Assembly (NCBI GenBank): GCA_002269645.1
Contig: NIVC01000067.1
Span: forward strand, 744,001 to 808,000
From: Macrostomum lignano
Taxonomy: Eukaryota
DNA: 64,000 nt
Direction of reading: 5' to 3'
The notes beneath the pieces were generated by a model. That model ran no database searches. It was not told where the DNA came from and was given only the letters and a program-made list of their open reading frames with translations. Shown piece by piece: positions 1 through 12,300 of this stretch. Every line of letters starts with the position of its first letter. Positions within the stretch are counted from its first letter, which is position 1. A program made the translations under genes and the position numbers.

Positions 1-106
1 GCTGGGATATCACTACCCGTATTTCAACGCTTCGCGAACACACAAAACGCAGCGCCTGCTGCCAGACAGTCCCGAACTGGCCGAGGCCGCTCGCCAGCGT
101 CGCCGC

Positions 107-1093
107 GTGCTAGCCGTTATCAGCGGCACTCGCCGATTGGTTCGCCTACGCCGGAGCCGTCTAGTCCGCCGGCTTGGCAACCGCCAGTGGGGCTGGTCGT
201 CGGCAACTGGGACGACAACTAACGAGGCCGGTTTAGTTAGAATCCGCCGCAGCCAGAATCGCCTGGTCGAGGCGCTGCTGTTGCCGCCGCTGGCCTCGTC
301 GGCTTCGTCCAGCTCCGGTCGGAGGCTCCGTCTGGCTGGCGAGCGCACATTCTGCTCCATCGTTCGTCAGCCCGCGGCGGCCACTTCAATGCTGACAACA
401 ACATCAACAACGACAACTTCGACAACAACAAAAAGGATGCCTGCGTCATCTGTTGTGGTGTTCAGACCGGCCACTTTGCCAGCTGCGGACTGCGGCGTCC
501 TGGCTGGGTCATTCACCAGGCACACTTTCATCACCCCGCTGGCCAAGCCGGATCCCAAGTCTGTGCACTCGGTTCGCATCAAGCAGAGTAAGAATAAGGC
601 GGCAGCCGCCACGGCCGCTGCTGATGAAGAGGCGCAAATTGAGGTGGCTAGGACTAGTCGTTCCAGCACCACCACGGTGACGGTGACAGCGGCCGCCTTG
701 GCTGATCGGCTGTTCGAAGCGCTCCACTTGGAGCCGCCAGCTCAGGAGCAGCTGGAGCGGTCGCGGATTCTAGCCCCGGCTGCTGAGATTGACGACTCCT
801 ACATTACTCGGCGAGTAGAGGAATTTGACGAGTCGGCAACCACTGGCGCGTCAGAGTATTATGAAGAATTCTATGACGAATATTATGACGAATCGGAACT
901 ACCTGTTGAGGTTTGGATACACGCCACTGAGATTTGCGAGATAACTCTCTGGCTGGCTTGCTATCTAACACAGTGTGCATTAACAGCGGCCCTACGTATT
1001 CAAATTTGCTTTGATTTCAAGGACACGGGAGCTGAAGTCTTTGATGAGTCAAGAGATTCGTTCCAAATCTCTTTCCAAACTCCGGTGTCTTAA
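107..1093 (+). CDS. hypothetical low-complexity protein (frame open from the window start; probably part of a larger gene)
   Basis: 328-aa GC-rich ORF with poly-Thr/Ala tracts and an acidic Tyr-rich stretch (EYYEEFYDEYYDE). No family recognised. Confidence 0.3.
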   Translation: MLAVISGTRRLVRLRRSRLVRRLGNRQWGWSSATGTTTNEAGLVRIRRSQNRLVEALLLPPLASSASSSSGRRLRLAGERTFCSIVRQPAAATSMLTTTSTTTTSTTTKRMPASSVVVFRPATLPAADCGVLAGSFTRHTFITPLAKPDPKSVHSVRIKQSKNKAAAATAAADEEAQIEVARTSRSSTTTVTVTAAALADRLFEALHLEPPAQEQLERSRILAPAAEIDDSYITRRVEEFDESATTGASEYYEEFYDEYYDESELPVEVWIHATEICEITLWLACYLTQCALTAALRIQICFDFKDTGAEVFDESRDSFQISFQTPVS

Positions 1094-2775
1094 GTCTTCA
1101 CTACGCGTCAGTAGGTCCATGCAGCTGTCAGCTTGCAGTGTTTACTGCGCGTATCTTTCCTTTAACATCTTTGAAGGAATCTTTGAATACCTTAACGGTC
1201 TTGCTCACTTGTTTGGGTCTTGCTGCGATATTGATATTAAAGACTGCATTGTGGTACTGAGTGGAAGGTCCTCGAATCGAATCCCGATTGGTTTCATTAA
1301 TCTACCGCAATAATGCGTGTCCTAACAAAACAACATTTTCCTATAAAATAAACAAAACTGCAGTTTTTATGTGGATACATCGATTTAACAAAGATTTTTG
1401 CTGTTTTCATGGGCTGCGCCCAGTCTTTGAAGTTTATAATAACAAATGCTTACAGTATTTTAAAGATTTGTTGTTGTTCTAAACTGGCTAATTGTGCAGT
1501 GGGTTCGCGGAGCGTTTAGAGTTTATTTCATTGAACGATGGCCAAAATTTTATTGTTGAAACCAGCAAATATTAGAAAATAGAGAGAAGAATGCCGCAAG
1601 GGGTCTCCGATTAACTCGTTTTACTCAAACACGTGCTGCTAGTGCTGTCTGTCTGTCTGCGTCTGTTGCGTCCACCCCACGCCCCGATAAGCCCCTCCGG
1701 CCTATAGTTGTTGTGCCCGAAGGCAAATCTAGCACAAAATGCCGCCTTTATTTAAAATAGATAAAAGACTGGCAGAATTGTGCTGTCGGTGTTGTATCTC
1801 TTTGCATTCTTGTGCACGTCGTTACACGCTATTATCGGGACGGAGGAGGGCCCGTGCTGCGTACATTTCTGTGACTCGGCTGGGTTGAGCAACAGTTGAC
1901 AGGCCGAATTAGTAGAGAGCAGTTGTAGAGAGGAAAAGTCACGCAGCTTTATCGTGTTACGCAGTTGGCTTGCTTAATACGCCATTGGAGTAGAGTCTGA
2001 CTGGGTATGCACGACAATCTGATATCTGCCTCGGTCATATAAGACCTCGAAGGCTCCTGCACCCGTCACGCTTCCGTTCCGCTCTGTTGAAGGCTTTTTA
2101 TTCGCTATTCGTATTGCATCGTTTGTCCATTCTATATGCGCGAGTCTTTTCTGCCACTTGAAGGGAGGGCAGAGTTAGGCACAGAATCTGAGCCTTGTCT
2201 TGTGTCTGCTCTGCCCCGCTCTCCGCTGGCGTGATTCATTATTTTTCTGTGGCGGACTTTTGTGCCTTCGTCCAGTTGCGCTATACAAGCTGCAATGTAA
2301 CTAAACTTTGTACCTTAGAGCAGTGGCTGGCAAGAAAAATATACAAGCCCCCCCCTGGGGCGATTTTACAGTCCAACTGGCAGTGTGAGACAGTCTGAGA
2401 GAGCGTGGGTTAAAGTAGATAAATGTAACAAATTGGTTAGTGCTGTTTTTCGAATAACATGTAAACAGTTTTTTTTTATTGACTGGAACAATTTCAAATG
2501 CAAATTCCCAGTGACCAATTAGCAGAAATGCAAAGTTTAAGAATGCATGCTGATAAAAAAGGTAAACAATCAAATTTAGTGCAACGTATTTGCGCACAAA
2601 ACTAATCTCTTATATCTGATCATGCTCAATAACTGAGAGTAGTCTTTGACTATTGTGTGTCATAACACTCACTAGTGTGTTTCATTATCTCACTTTTTGT
2701 ATTAATGATTTTTACCGACTGTTGACAGTTGGACACTAGAGCTGTGTTGTACGATTGTGTTGCTAGTACTTTGTA

Positions 2776-4820
2776 GCGGTAGCATCGGGGCAGATTGTAA
2801 CAGCAGTAGCATCGGGGCAGATTGTAACAGCAGTAGCATCGGGGCAGATTGTAACGGCAGTAGAATCGGGGCATATTTCAACAGCAGTAGAATCGGGGCA
2901 GATTGCAAAAGCAACAGAATCGGGGCAGATTGCAACAGCGATAGAATCGGGACAGATTGTAACAGCAGTAGAATCGGGGCAGATTGCAACAGCAGTAGAA
3001 TCGGGGCAGATTGCAACAGCCGTAGAATCGGGGCAGATTGCAACAGCGGTAGAATCGGGGCAGATTGTAACAGCGGTAGAATCGGGGCAGATTGCAACAG
3101 CAGTAGAATCGGGGCAGATTGCAACAGCAGTAGAATCGGGGCAGATTGCAACAGCAGTAGAATCGGGGCAGATTGCAACAGCAGTAGAATCGGGGCAGAT
3201 TGCAACAGCAGTAGAATCGGGGCAGATTGCAACAGCAGTAGAATCGGGGCAGATTGCAACAGCAGTAGAATCGGGGCAGATTACAACAGCGGTAGAATCG
3301 GGGCAGATTGTAACAGCGGTAGAATCGGGGCAGATTGTAACAGCAGTAGCATCGGGGCAGATTGCATCAGCAGTAGAATCGGGGCAGATTGCAACAGCGG
3401 TAGAATCGGGGCAGATTGCAACAGCAGTAGAATCGGGGCAGATTGCAACAGCAGTAGAATCGGGGCAGATTGCAACAGCAGTAGAATCGGGGCAGATTGT
3501 AACAGCAGTAGAATCGGGGCAGATTGCAACAGCAGTAGAATCGGGGCAGATTGCAACAGCGGTAGAATCGGGGCAGATTGCAACAGCAGTAGAATCGGGG
3601 CAGATTGCAACAACAGTAGAATCGGGGCAGATTGCAACAGCAGTAGAATCGGGGCAGATTGCAACAGCAGTAGAATCGGGGCAGATTGTAACAGCAGTAG
3701 AATCGGGGCAGATTGCAACAGCAGTAGAATCGGGGCAGATTGCAACAGCGGTAGAATCGGGGCAGATTGCAACAGCAGTAGAATCGGGGCAGATTGCAAC
3801 AGCAGTAGAATCGGGGCAGATTGCAACAGCAGTAGAATCGGGGCAGATTGTAACAGCAGTAGATTCGGGGCAGATTGCAACAGCAGTAGAATCGGGGCAG
3901 ATTGCAACAGCGGTAGAATCGGGGCAGATTGCAACAGCAGTAGAATCGGGGCAGATTGCAACAGCAGTAGAATCGGGGCAGATTGCAACAGCAGTAGAAT
4001 CGGGGCAGATTGCAACAGCAGTAGAATCGGGGCAGATTGCAACAGCAGTAGAATCGGGGCAGATTGCAACAGCGGTAGAATCGGGGCAGATTGCAACAGC
4101 AGTAGAATCGGGGCAAAATGCAACAGCAGTAGAATCGGGGCAGATTGCAACAGCAGTAGAATCGGGGCAGATTGCAACAGCAGTAGAATCGGGGCAGATT
4201 GCAACAGCAGTAGAATCGGGGCAGATTGCAACAGCAGTAGAATCGGGGCAGATTGCAACAGCAGTAGAATCGGGGCAGATTGCAACAGCAGTAGAACCGG
4301 GGCAGATTGCAACAGCGGTAGAATCGGGGCAGATTGTAACAGCGGTAGAATCGGGGCAGATTGTAACAGCAATAGCATCGGGGCAGATTGTAACAGCAGT
4401 AGCATCGGGGCAGATTGCAACAGCAGTAGAATCGGGGCAGATTGCAACAGCGGTAGAATCGGGGCAGATTGCAACAGCAGTAGAATCGGGGCAGATTGCA
4501 ACAGCAGTAGAATCGGGGCAGATTGCAACAGCAGTAGAATCGGGGCAGATTGCAACAGCAGTAGAATCGGGGCAGATTGCAACAGCAGTAGAATCGGGGC
4601 AGATTGCAACAGCAGTAGAATCGGGGCAGATTGCAACAGCGGTAGAATCGGGGCAGATTGCAACAGCAGTAGAATCGGGGCAGATTGCAACAGCGGTAGA
4701 ATCGGGGCAGATTGCAACAGCAGTAGAATCGGGGCAGATTGTAACAGCAGTAGAATCGGGGCAGATTGCAACAGCGGTAGAATCGGGGCAGATTGCAACA
4801 GCAGTAGAATCGGGGCAGAC
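2776..4820. repeat. 27-bp minisatellite, about 75 copies (AGAATCGGGGCAGATTGCAACAGCAGT)
   Basis: Direct tandem repetition with few variant positions. It explains the 500-800 aa repetitive ORFs on both strands. Confidence 0.97.
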
Positions 4821-4849
4821 TGTCACCGAGACCCATTCGCGATTTGCAG

Positions 4850-5050
4850 GTGTCAAGCCAGGGTGAGCGAATCGCTTTGTCGCAGCAGGGCGGCGGCGGC
4901 GACGGCGGCGGCGGCGGCGGCGGTGCGGCGGGAGGCGCTGCCGGAGGTGGCAACCGTCGGGAGGCCTGGGAGCGAGGCGAAATCGACTACCTGGGCAGTG
5001 ACAGGTTCGATAACGTGCTGTCTCGCCTGCGGGAGAACATCCAGGACTGA
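4850..5050 (+). CDS. probable terminal coding exon of an unidentified gene
   Basis: Acceptor gatttgcag|GTG, a Gly-rich linker, then protein-like RREAWERGEIDYLGSDRFDNVLSRLRENIQD*. Confidence 0.5.
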   Translation: MSSQGERIALSQQGGGGDGGGGGGGAAGGAAGGGNRREAWERGEIDYLGSDRFDNVLSRLRENIQD

Positions 5051-5981
5051 GAGAACAGCAGTGTCGTGACCAGTAATTGTTAAGTCCAGTTTTGATGCGG
5101 ACGGATTTGCTGGATTTGTGACAATGAGGAACCCCAAACCCCCTGAGAATCACGCATGACCCTGTATTACCAATTTCTAGTATTTAGGGAACGCTTATAA
5201 CGAGAGTTGGTAGTTTACTTACAAGGCTTTGTTTTGAATGTTTCTGCTGACAGTAGTGTGTGTAGCAGCTAAACGAGCGTAAATCATTTTAATCCTGAAA
5301 ATGGTCAATTAAGATTTACCTGTTCAAAGAATGCTACTTTCAGTAGTTTGCTAGCCAAAGAATGGTTGAAAATTGTTTTGCATGCATGAAAATCTTGAAA
5401 AGAGTCTTCTATCCGTCTGTTTTTTAAAACATAGAGCCGTCAATGTGTTCTCCTAAACTACTTGAAGCAGGCAGTTTGTTAGTGAGGACAAAATAAATAA
5501 ATATTTAAAATACCCTGAAGCAGCCAAATTTTGTTAGGAAGCTCGCCTTTTTATTTTTTTGTGTTTTTTAGATTCACTCTCCCTCTCTGCGCTGCTTGCG
5601 AACAAACTTCCTGACCAATATATTCGTATAACAATAGTTGATACTTGAAATTTTAAGCTCCTTAATATTTACTAGCCGTATGTTGAAAGTTCTTTTTTCA
5701 GCGTGGCTCAACTGGCTTTGCTATTATCGTAAATGCGGTGGTGATTGTTTTTTAAAAAATGCCTTTTTTGCGAATTTTAATTTCCTAATATTGGAGCACT
5801 TAGAAATTAATAATCATTCTGGTCGCGTGAGTGCTTGAGTAATTAGTGCACCTTATTATTTTCGCAAACTTACGTACTTAAGAACCTTGGTTCCTGAGTA
5901 CTTGATTAGCCTACTGAGTGCTTCAGAACTTGAGGATGTATTTCTTTACAAGTGCTTGGATACATGAATGCGAGAGTAATC

Positions 5982-6085
5982 AAGTACTAGCGTACTTGAG
6001 TACTAGCGTACTTGAGTACTAGCGTACTTGAGTACTAGCGTACTTGAGTACTAGCGTACTTAAGTACTAGCGTGCTTGAGTACTC
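5982..6085. repeat. 16-bp tandem repeat (TACTAGCGTACTTGAG), about 6 copies
   Basis: Seen directly. Confidence 0.9.
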
Positions 6086-6868
6086 ACTATTTAGGCTTGA
6101 TGTTTCTAGCGCTCAAAGCACTCGCAGGACTTTTAGCGTTTCTAGGCTTAATAAAAAACAGCCATCCCTTAGGCATCTGTTTGCTCTGACTCCATATTTA
6201 TAGTTATTTAATTTAGACTTATTAAGAAGCATAGTTTAGGACAATTTTTATTCAATTCATTATTCGTCGCTTGTCATATCTTAGCCAGCCATTATTAGCT
6301 AATTAATATCGTCTATTCCCGCCTTGCTGGGTTCAATTGCCCCACAGTAACAACTACCGCCCTCACATTTGCTTGGCTGTCATATCTTTAGCACATCACT
6401 CGCTATGCTTCAACTTTTCCAACTGTCAGATCTATTAGTATTTGCTCATGTATACTAATGCAGATCCCCAATATTTATTAACCAATTAGGCCTAGACTCG
6501 GTGTGCTGTTTACTCATTTCTCGTATTAGCTAATACCCTTCATTTTTATCCCCCGTTTTTGCCCAGAGCAACACCTGTCGGCCCGCTTGTTGTGTTTTGA
6601 AGTTGAATTTTGATCGTCTTACAAGGATTTGATAAAAAAGATTCTGAACTTTGTTTTCGTTGAAAATTAAATTAAAGATTTCTTTTACTGACCATTGTTA
6701 AGAATTTTTTAAATAAAATAAGACGGAAAGTATCATACAGTGTTGGAGAACGACGTTTTTAGGCTTATCATCATCTTGAATAAAAAAATCTATGTGGAGT
6801 TTTTTGTCAGGTTCTTTGATTCTACTGCTATGCCAAAAAGGTCACTATGATCTTTTGTCAGAGAAAGG

Positions 6869-8135
6869 AAGCTGGGGTTGGTCAGGGAAAGGGGAGGCGG
6901 GTGCTGAGGTTGGTCAGGGAAAGGGGAGGCGGGTGCTGGGGTTGGTCAGGGAAAGGGGAGGCGGGTGCTGGGGTTGGTCAGGGAAAGGGCAGGTGGGTGC
7001 TGGGGTTGGTCAGGGAAAGGGGAGGCGGGTGCTGGGGTTGGTCAGGGAAAGGGGAGGTGGGTGCTGGGGTTGGTCAGGGAAAGGGGAGGCGGGTGCTGGG
7101 GTTGGTCAGGGAAAGGGGAGGCGGGTGCTGGGTTGGTCAGGGAAAGGGGAGGCGGGTGCTGGGGTTGGTCAGGGAAAGGGGAGGTGGGTGCTGGGGTTGG
7201 TCAGGGAAAGGGCAGGTGGGTGCTGGGGTTGGTTAGGGAAAGGGGAGGCGGGTGCTGGGGTTGGTCAGGGAAAGGGGAGGCGGGTGCTGGGGTTGGTCAG
7301 GGAAAGGGGAGGCGGGTGCTGGGGTTGGTCAGGGAAAGGGGAGGCGGGTGCTGGGGTTGGTCAGGGAAAGGGGAGGCGGGTGCTGGGGTTGGTCAGGGAA
7401 AGGGGAGGCGGGTGCTGAGGTTGGTCAGGGAAAGGGCAGGTGGGTGCTGGGGTTGGTTAGGGAAAGGGGAGGCGGGTGCTGGGGTTGGTCAGGGAAAGGG
7501 GAGGCGGGTGCTGGGGTTGGTCAGGGAAAGGGGAGGCGGGTGCTGGGGTTGGTCAGGGAAAGGCGAGGCGGGTGCTGGGTTGGTCAGGGAAAGGGAGGCG
7601 GGTGCTGGGGTTGGTCAGGGAAAGGGGAGGCGGGTGCTGGGGTTGGTCAGGGAAAGGGGAGGCGGGTGCTGGGGTTGGTCAGGGAAAGGGGAGGCGGGTG
7701 CTGAGGTTGGTCAGGGAAAGGGCAGGTGGGTGCTGGGGTTGGTTAGGGAAAGGGGAGGCGGGTGCTGGGTTGGTCAGGGAAAGGGGAGGCGGGTGCTGGG
7801 GTTGGTCAGGGAAAGGGGAGGCGGGTGCTGGGGTTGGTCAGGGAAAGGGGAGGCGGGTGCTGGGGTTGGTCAGGGAAAGGGGAGGCGGGTGCTGGGGTTG
7901 GTCAGGGAAAGGGGAGGCGGGTGCTGGGGTTGGTCAGGGAAAGGGGAGGCGGGTGCTGGGGTTGGTCAGGGAAAGGGGAGGCGGGTGCTGAGGTTGGTCA
8001 GGGAAAGGGGAGGCGGGTGCTGGGGTTGGTCAGGGAAAGGGGAGGCGGGTGCTAGGGTTGGTCAGGGAAAGGGGAGGCGGGTGCTGGGGTTGGTCAGGGA
8101 AAGGGGAGGCGGGTGCTGGGGTTGGTCAGGGAAAC
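6869..8135. repeat. 32-bp G-rich minisatellite (GGGAAAGGGGAGGCGGGTGCTGGGGTTGGTCA), about 39 copies
   Basis: Seen directly. Four G-runs of 3 or more per unit. Confidence 0.96.
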
Positions 8136-8869
8136 GGGCTGGCTGCAGTAACTATGCATGCGCATTGTAATTAAGAAAAGCAAATAGGAATTCGAAGGCG
8201 GAGAGAATTGCAAAGCACTCAGATGATAATCGTTTCAGTGCAGTGTATTAAATTTGCCTCTTATATTTACATCAATGCACACCCAGTCGCGTATATCAGT
8301 TATTTATTACAAATGTAGAATACTACTCAAGAATCGTGTCTTTGAATGTCCCACTGTCAGTAGCTCGTGGAGCACATAAAATGGGTCTTTGTTGGTTATC
8401 AGGTACCGTAGATTATCCTTATTTACTAATTATAATAGTAGTGTAAAAAGTGCGATACGAGCGTAATTGTCATTTGTAACAAAAGTTGGGGACGAATGCG
8501 CAAGTTAGCACATATTTTGCTTTTTGACAGTGATGTATGCTCAATGCTGTATGGAGTACGTAAGGTTTTTAAAAGTGCAAACATTCTAAGTACATCATGT
8601 AAGTTGTACATATACAAACACGAGGTAGACAATGCAAAACATCAATGAATATCAATAAAATACTTGAAGAAACTTCGTGTTACGTAATCCATAGAAGCAG
8701 ACCTAGCTGAGATATGACTATCGGACACTTCTTTTGTAACAACGCAATAAATAATTGACCGCATTCAAGAACTGCAGATTTCTTCAGCCTAAATGACGAC
8801 TGCGAGTAAGAAATAGATCCGGATCCAGATCGACTCGTTCAAACCAATATTAAATAATTGGCCTAAGAG

Positions 8870-9300
8870 GAGAGGAAAGGAGAGAAAAGAAGCGAGAGTA
8901 GAGGAGAGGAGAGAACTGAGAATAGAGAAAAGGAGAGTAAGGTAGAGAGAGTAGAGGAAAAGAGAGAAGTGAGAATAGAGAAAAGGAGAGTAGAGAAGCG
9001 AGAGAAGAGGGAGAGAAGTGAGAATAGAGAAAAGGGGAGTAGAGAAGAGAGAGTAGAGGAGAGGAGAGTAGTGAGAATAGAGAAAAGGGGAGTAGAGAAG
9101 AGAGAGTAGAGGAGAGGAGAGAAGTGAGAATAGAGAAAAGGGGAGTAGAGAAGAGAGAGTAGAGGAGAGAAGAGAAGTGAGAATAGAGAAAAGGAGAGTA
9201 GAGAAGCGAGAGAAGAGGGAGAGAAGTGAGAATAGAGAAAAGGAGAGTAAGGTAGAGAAATTAGAGAGGAGAGAAGTAAGAATAGAGAAAAGGACAGTAG
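8870..9300. repeat. purine-rich (GA) compound repeat
   Basis: Recurring GAGAAGTGAGAATAGAGAAAAGG blocks. Confidence 0.85.
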
Positions 9301-9362
9301 AGCAGAGGCCTTTAACCATCCATAGGCCTGGAGTATTTTTCATCCCTCACAATCAGCCCCCG

Positions 9363-12300
9363 TCAAACAGCCGCAGGCGCGCAGTCCACGCAGGCGCTGC
9401 CGGGCCGGCTGTCCCGCAGCAGCGGCTGGCGCAGCCCGGGGCTGCAGCCCTGCAGCTGGTATCTCCCGGTGCCGATCTGCGCGTACGGCCGCCGCCCAGC
9501 AGCAGCGGCAGCCGGCCGGTGAACATCGCGAGCCGAGGACTCCACCGGCAGCAAGTAGTGCCGGGCAATCTGGACTGGGAAGGCCACGGTGGCCGTCGCC
9601 AGGAATCCGCTGGCACAGGCCAGCACGAAGGCCCAGCCCAGCTGGCAGCGGCCTGCAAGGCGACGGGGAATTCCGCAGAATCAGTCAGAATTCTGAAAAA
9701 TATCCCAGAATTCTAGAGAATTTCCCAGAATTCCCTAGAATTGCACAGAACTACTCAGAATTCCCTAGAATTGCACAGAACTACTCAGAATTCCCTAGAA
9801 TTGCATAGAACCACTCAGAATTCCCCAGAATTGCACAGAACTACTCAGAATTCCCCAGAATTGCATAGAACTACTCAGAATTCCCCAGAATTGCATAGAA
9901 CTACTCAGAATTCCCCAGAATTGCATAGAACTACTCAGAATTCCCCAGAATCGCATAGAACTACTCAGAATTCTCCAGAATTGCATAGAACTACTCAGAA
10001 TTCCCCAGAATCGCATAGAACTACTCAGAATTCTCCAGAATTGCATAGAACTACTCAGAATTCTCCAGAATTGCACAGAACTACTCAGAATTCTCCAGAA
10101 TTGCACAGAACTACTCAGAATTCCCCAGAATTGCACAGAACTACTCAGAATTCCCTAGAATTGCATAGAACTGCTCAGAATTCCCGGAATTGCATAGAAC
10201 TACTCAGAATTCCCCAGAATTGCACAGAACTACTCAGAATTCCCCAGAATTGCATAGAACTACTCAGAATTCCCCAGAATTGCATAGAACTGAACTACAA
10301 AGCATTTGATGAATCCCCATTTTCATTTGTAGGGAACAATGCATGGGCAAAACTGTTACTGAAATTAATTGTGCGGCCGATTGAGCAGAAAAGCTGAAGT
10401 GCTTTTTGTCTTTTTTAATATCCCTCGAGAAGCAGCAATCAAAAGGCTCTGCGTTCATTGGCGTGACAGGCTTCAATTGGTTTAATTTAAAAAATGATTA
10501 ATGGCTGTCGGATTCAATTTGAGCGAACAAAAACAACCGGCTAGCTGGCATGCGATTATGCAACAGTGACGCGTGGAGGCTGGGGTAACTGCTGCCAATG
10601 CAATTATCCAATTCTAAATTTGCAGTAGTCACGGGGGTTGTGGAACAATTAGCCAAGAAGTCCGAGCTGCGGCAGTGCTCTGCATCGAGGCAGATTGAGG
10701 AGGGAGGGGGTGAATTCAGCTGTTTAAGCGGATTAAGGCTCTGGCAACCAGCTGCTGCGGGATAGCCAGGTTCTGTTGATGTTGAACATCTGTGGCAGCC
10801 CAGCTCTGCCGCTTTTACGAGCATTTCGATTATGGCTAGGGAGCTGAGCACTGCCCAGCTGGGGTAGATGGTGGATAAGCGATTAGATCAGCTGTGAGAG
10901 GAGAGAGGAGATGATAGCAGAGACAGGAGCAGAGAAGAGAAGGGAGTATAGGAGAGGAGAAGAGAGGAGAGGAGAGGAGAGGAGAGTAGAGGAGAGGAGA
11001 GGAGAGGAGAGTAGAGGAGAGGAGAGGAGAGTAGAGTAGAGGAGAGTAGAGGAGAGTAGAGGAGAGGAGAGGAGAGGAGAGTAGAGGAGAGGAGAAGAGA
11101 GTAGAGGAGAGGAGAGTAGAGGAGAGGAGAGGAGAGGAGAGGAGAGGAGAGGAGAGGAGAGGAGAGGAGAGGAGAGTAGAGGAGAGGAGAGGAGAGGAGA
11201 GTAGAGTAAAGGAGAGGAGAGGAGAGTAGAGGAGAGGAGAGGAGAGGAGAGGAGAGGAGAGGAGAGGAGAGGAGAGGAGAGGAGAGGAGAGGAGAGAGAG
11301 AGGAGAGTAGAGGAGAGTAGAGGAGAGGAGAGGAGAGGAGAGGAGAGGAGAGGAGAGGAGAGTAGAGGAGAGGAGAGCAGAGCAGAGGAGAGGAGAGCAG
11401 AGGAGAGGAGAGGAGAGGAGAGGAGAGGAGAGGAGAGGAGAGGAGAGGAGAGGAGAGTATAGGGGAGGAGAGGAGAGTAGAGGAGAGGAGAGTATAGGAG
11501 AGGAGAGGAGAGCAGAGGAGAGTAGAGCAGAGCAGAGGAGAGGAGAGCAGAGGAGAGGAGAGGAGAGGAGAGAAGAGGAGAGGAGAGGAGAGGAGAGGAG
11601 AGGAGAGGAGAGGAGAGGAGAGGAGAGGAGAGGAGAGGAGAGTATAGGAGATGTGGGGCGACACCACAGCCAGCTCAGCAGGCGGTACAGCAGTGCAGGC
11701 ACAGGATGGATGCAGAGTGCTAAATGGCTTGGCAGTGTCAGCAGCGGCAGCGCCACAACGCCCAGCGGGCAGGCAAATGGCAGTGGGCTGCAAACCCGCG
11801 GCAAGCTGCACCAATGCGCGCACATGGCCTGCCGCTGCCCCATTGAATTGGAATTCGTTACCGCCCTCACCGCTGACTATAGAGCAGAATTTGCATGGCC
11901 GACCCCCCCCCCACCATACTGTGAAGCAGTGGGCCGCCATCAGTCACAGTGCGCAGTGGTTGTCTGTGCCGCATTTGTTCCAATTAAAGAGAAAGCTAAC
12001 CAGCCTCCACTATTCCTTTTAAAACCTATTCCATGTAGCTGCCAGTGTCAGGAAACCGAATGAGCATTGACAACTAATAAATGGGACAAATTCCTTTCAG
12101 TTCTTTGAAACTTAAAGAAAATAAATACATATTGTCATGCTTGCTAAAACTACTGCCTATATACTACTTACTAGTTCGATTTTGCTTGTTTTTGTTAGGC
12201 TGCCGCAATCAAGGAATTTGTCAGGATTGTGTTCAGAAATGTGTCAGAAATGTGACAGAAGTGTGTCAGGAATGTGACAGGAGTGTGTTTAGGATGTGTC

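Noticed and set aside
2702-5153. ORFs of 505-796 aa on both strands (SSRIGADCN, ICPDSTAVA and others)
   Set aside because: They arise from a stop-free 27-bp unit. The common variants are synonymous in different frames, so no frame is favoured, and there is no signal peptide or non-repetitive domain.
6792-8170. Gly-rich ORFs
   Set aside because: Translations of the 32-bp minisatellite.
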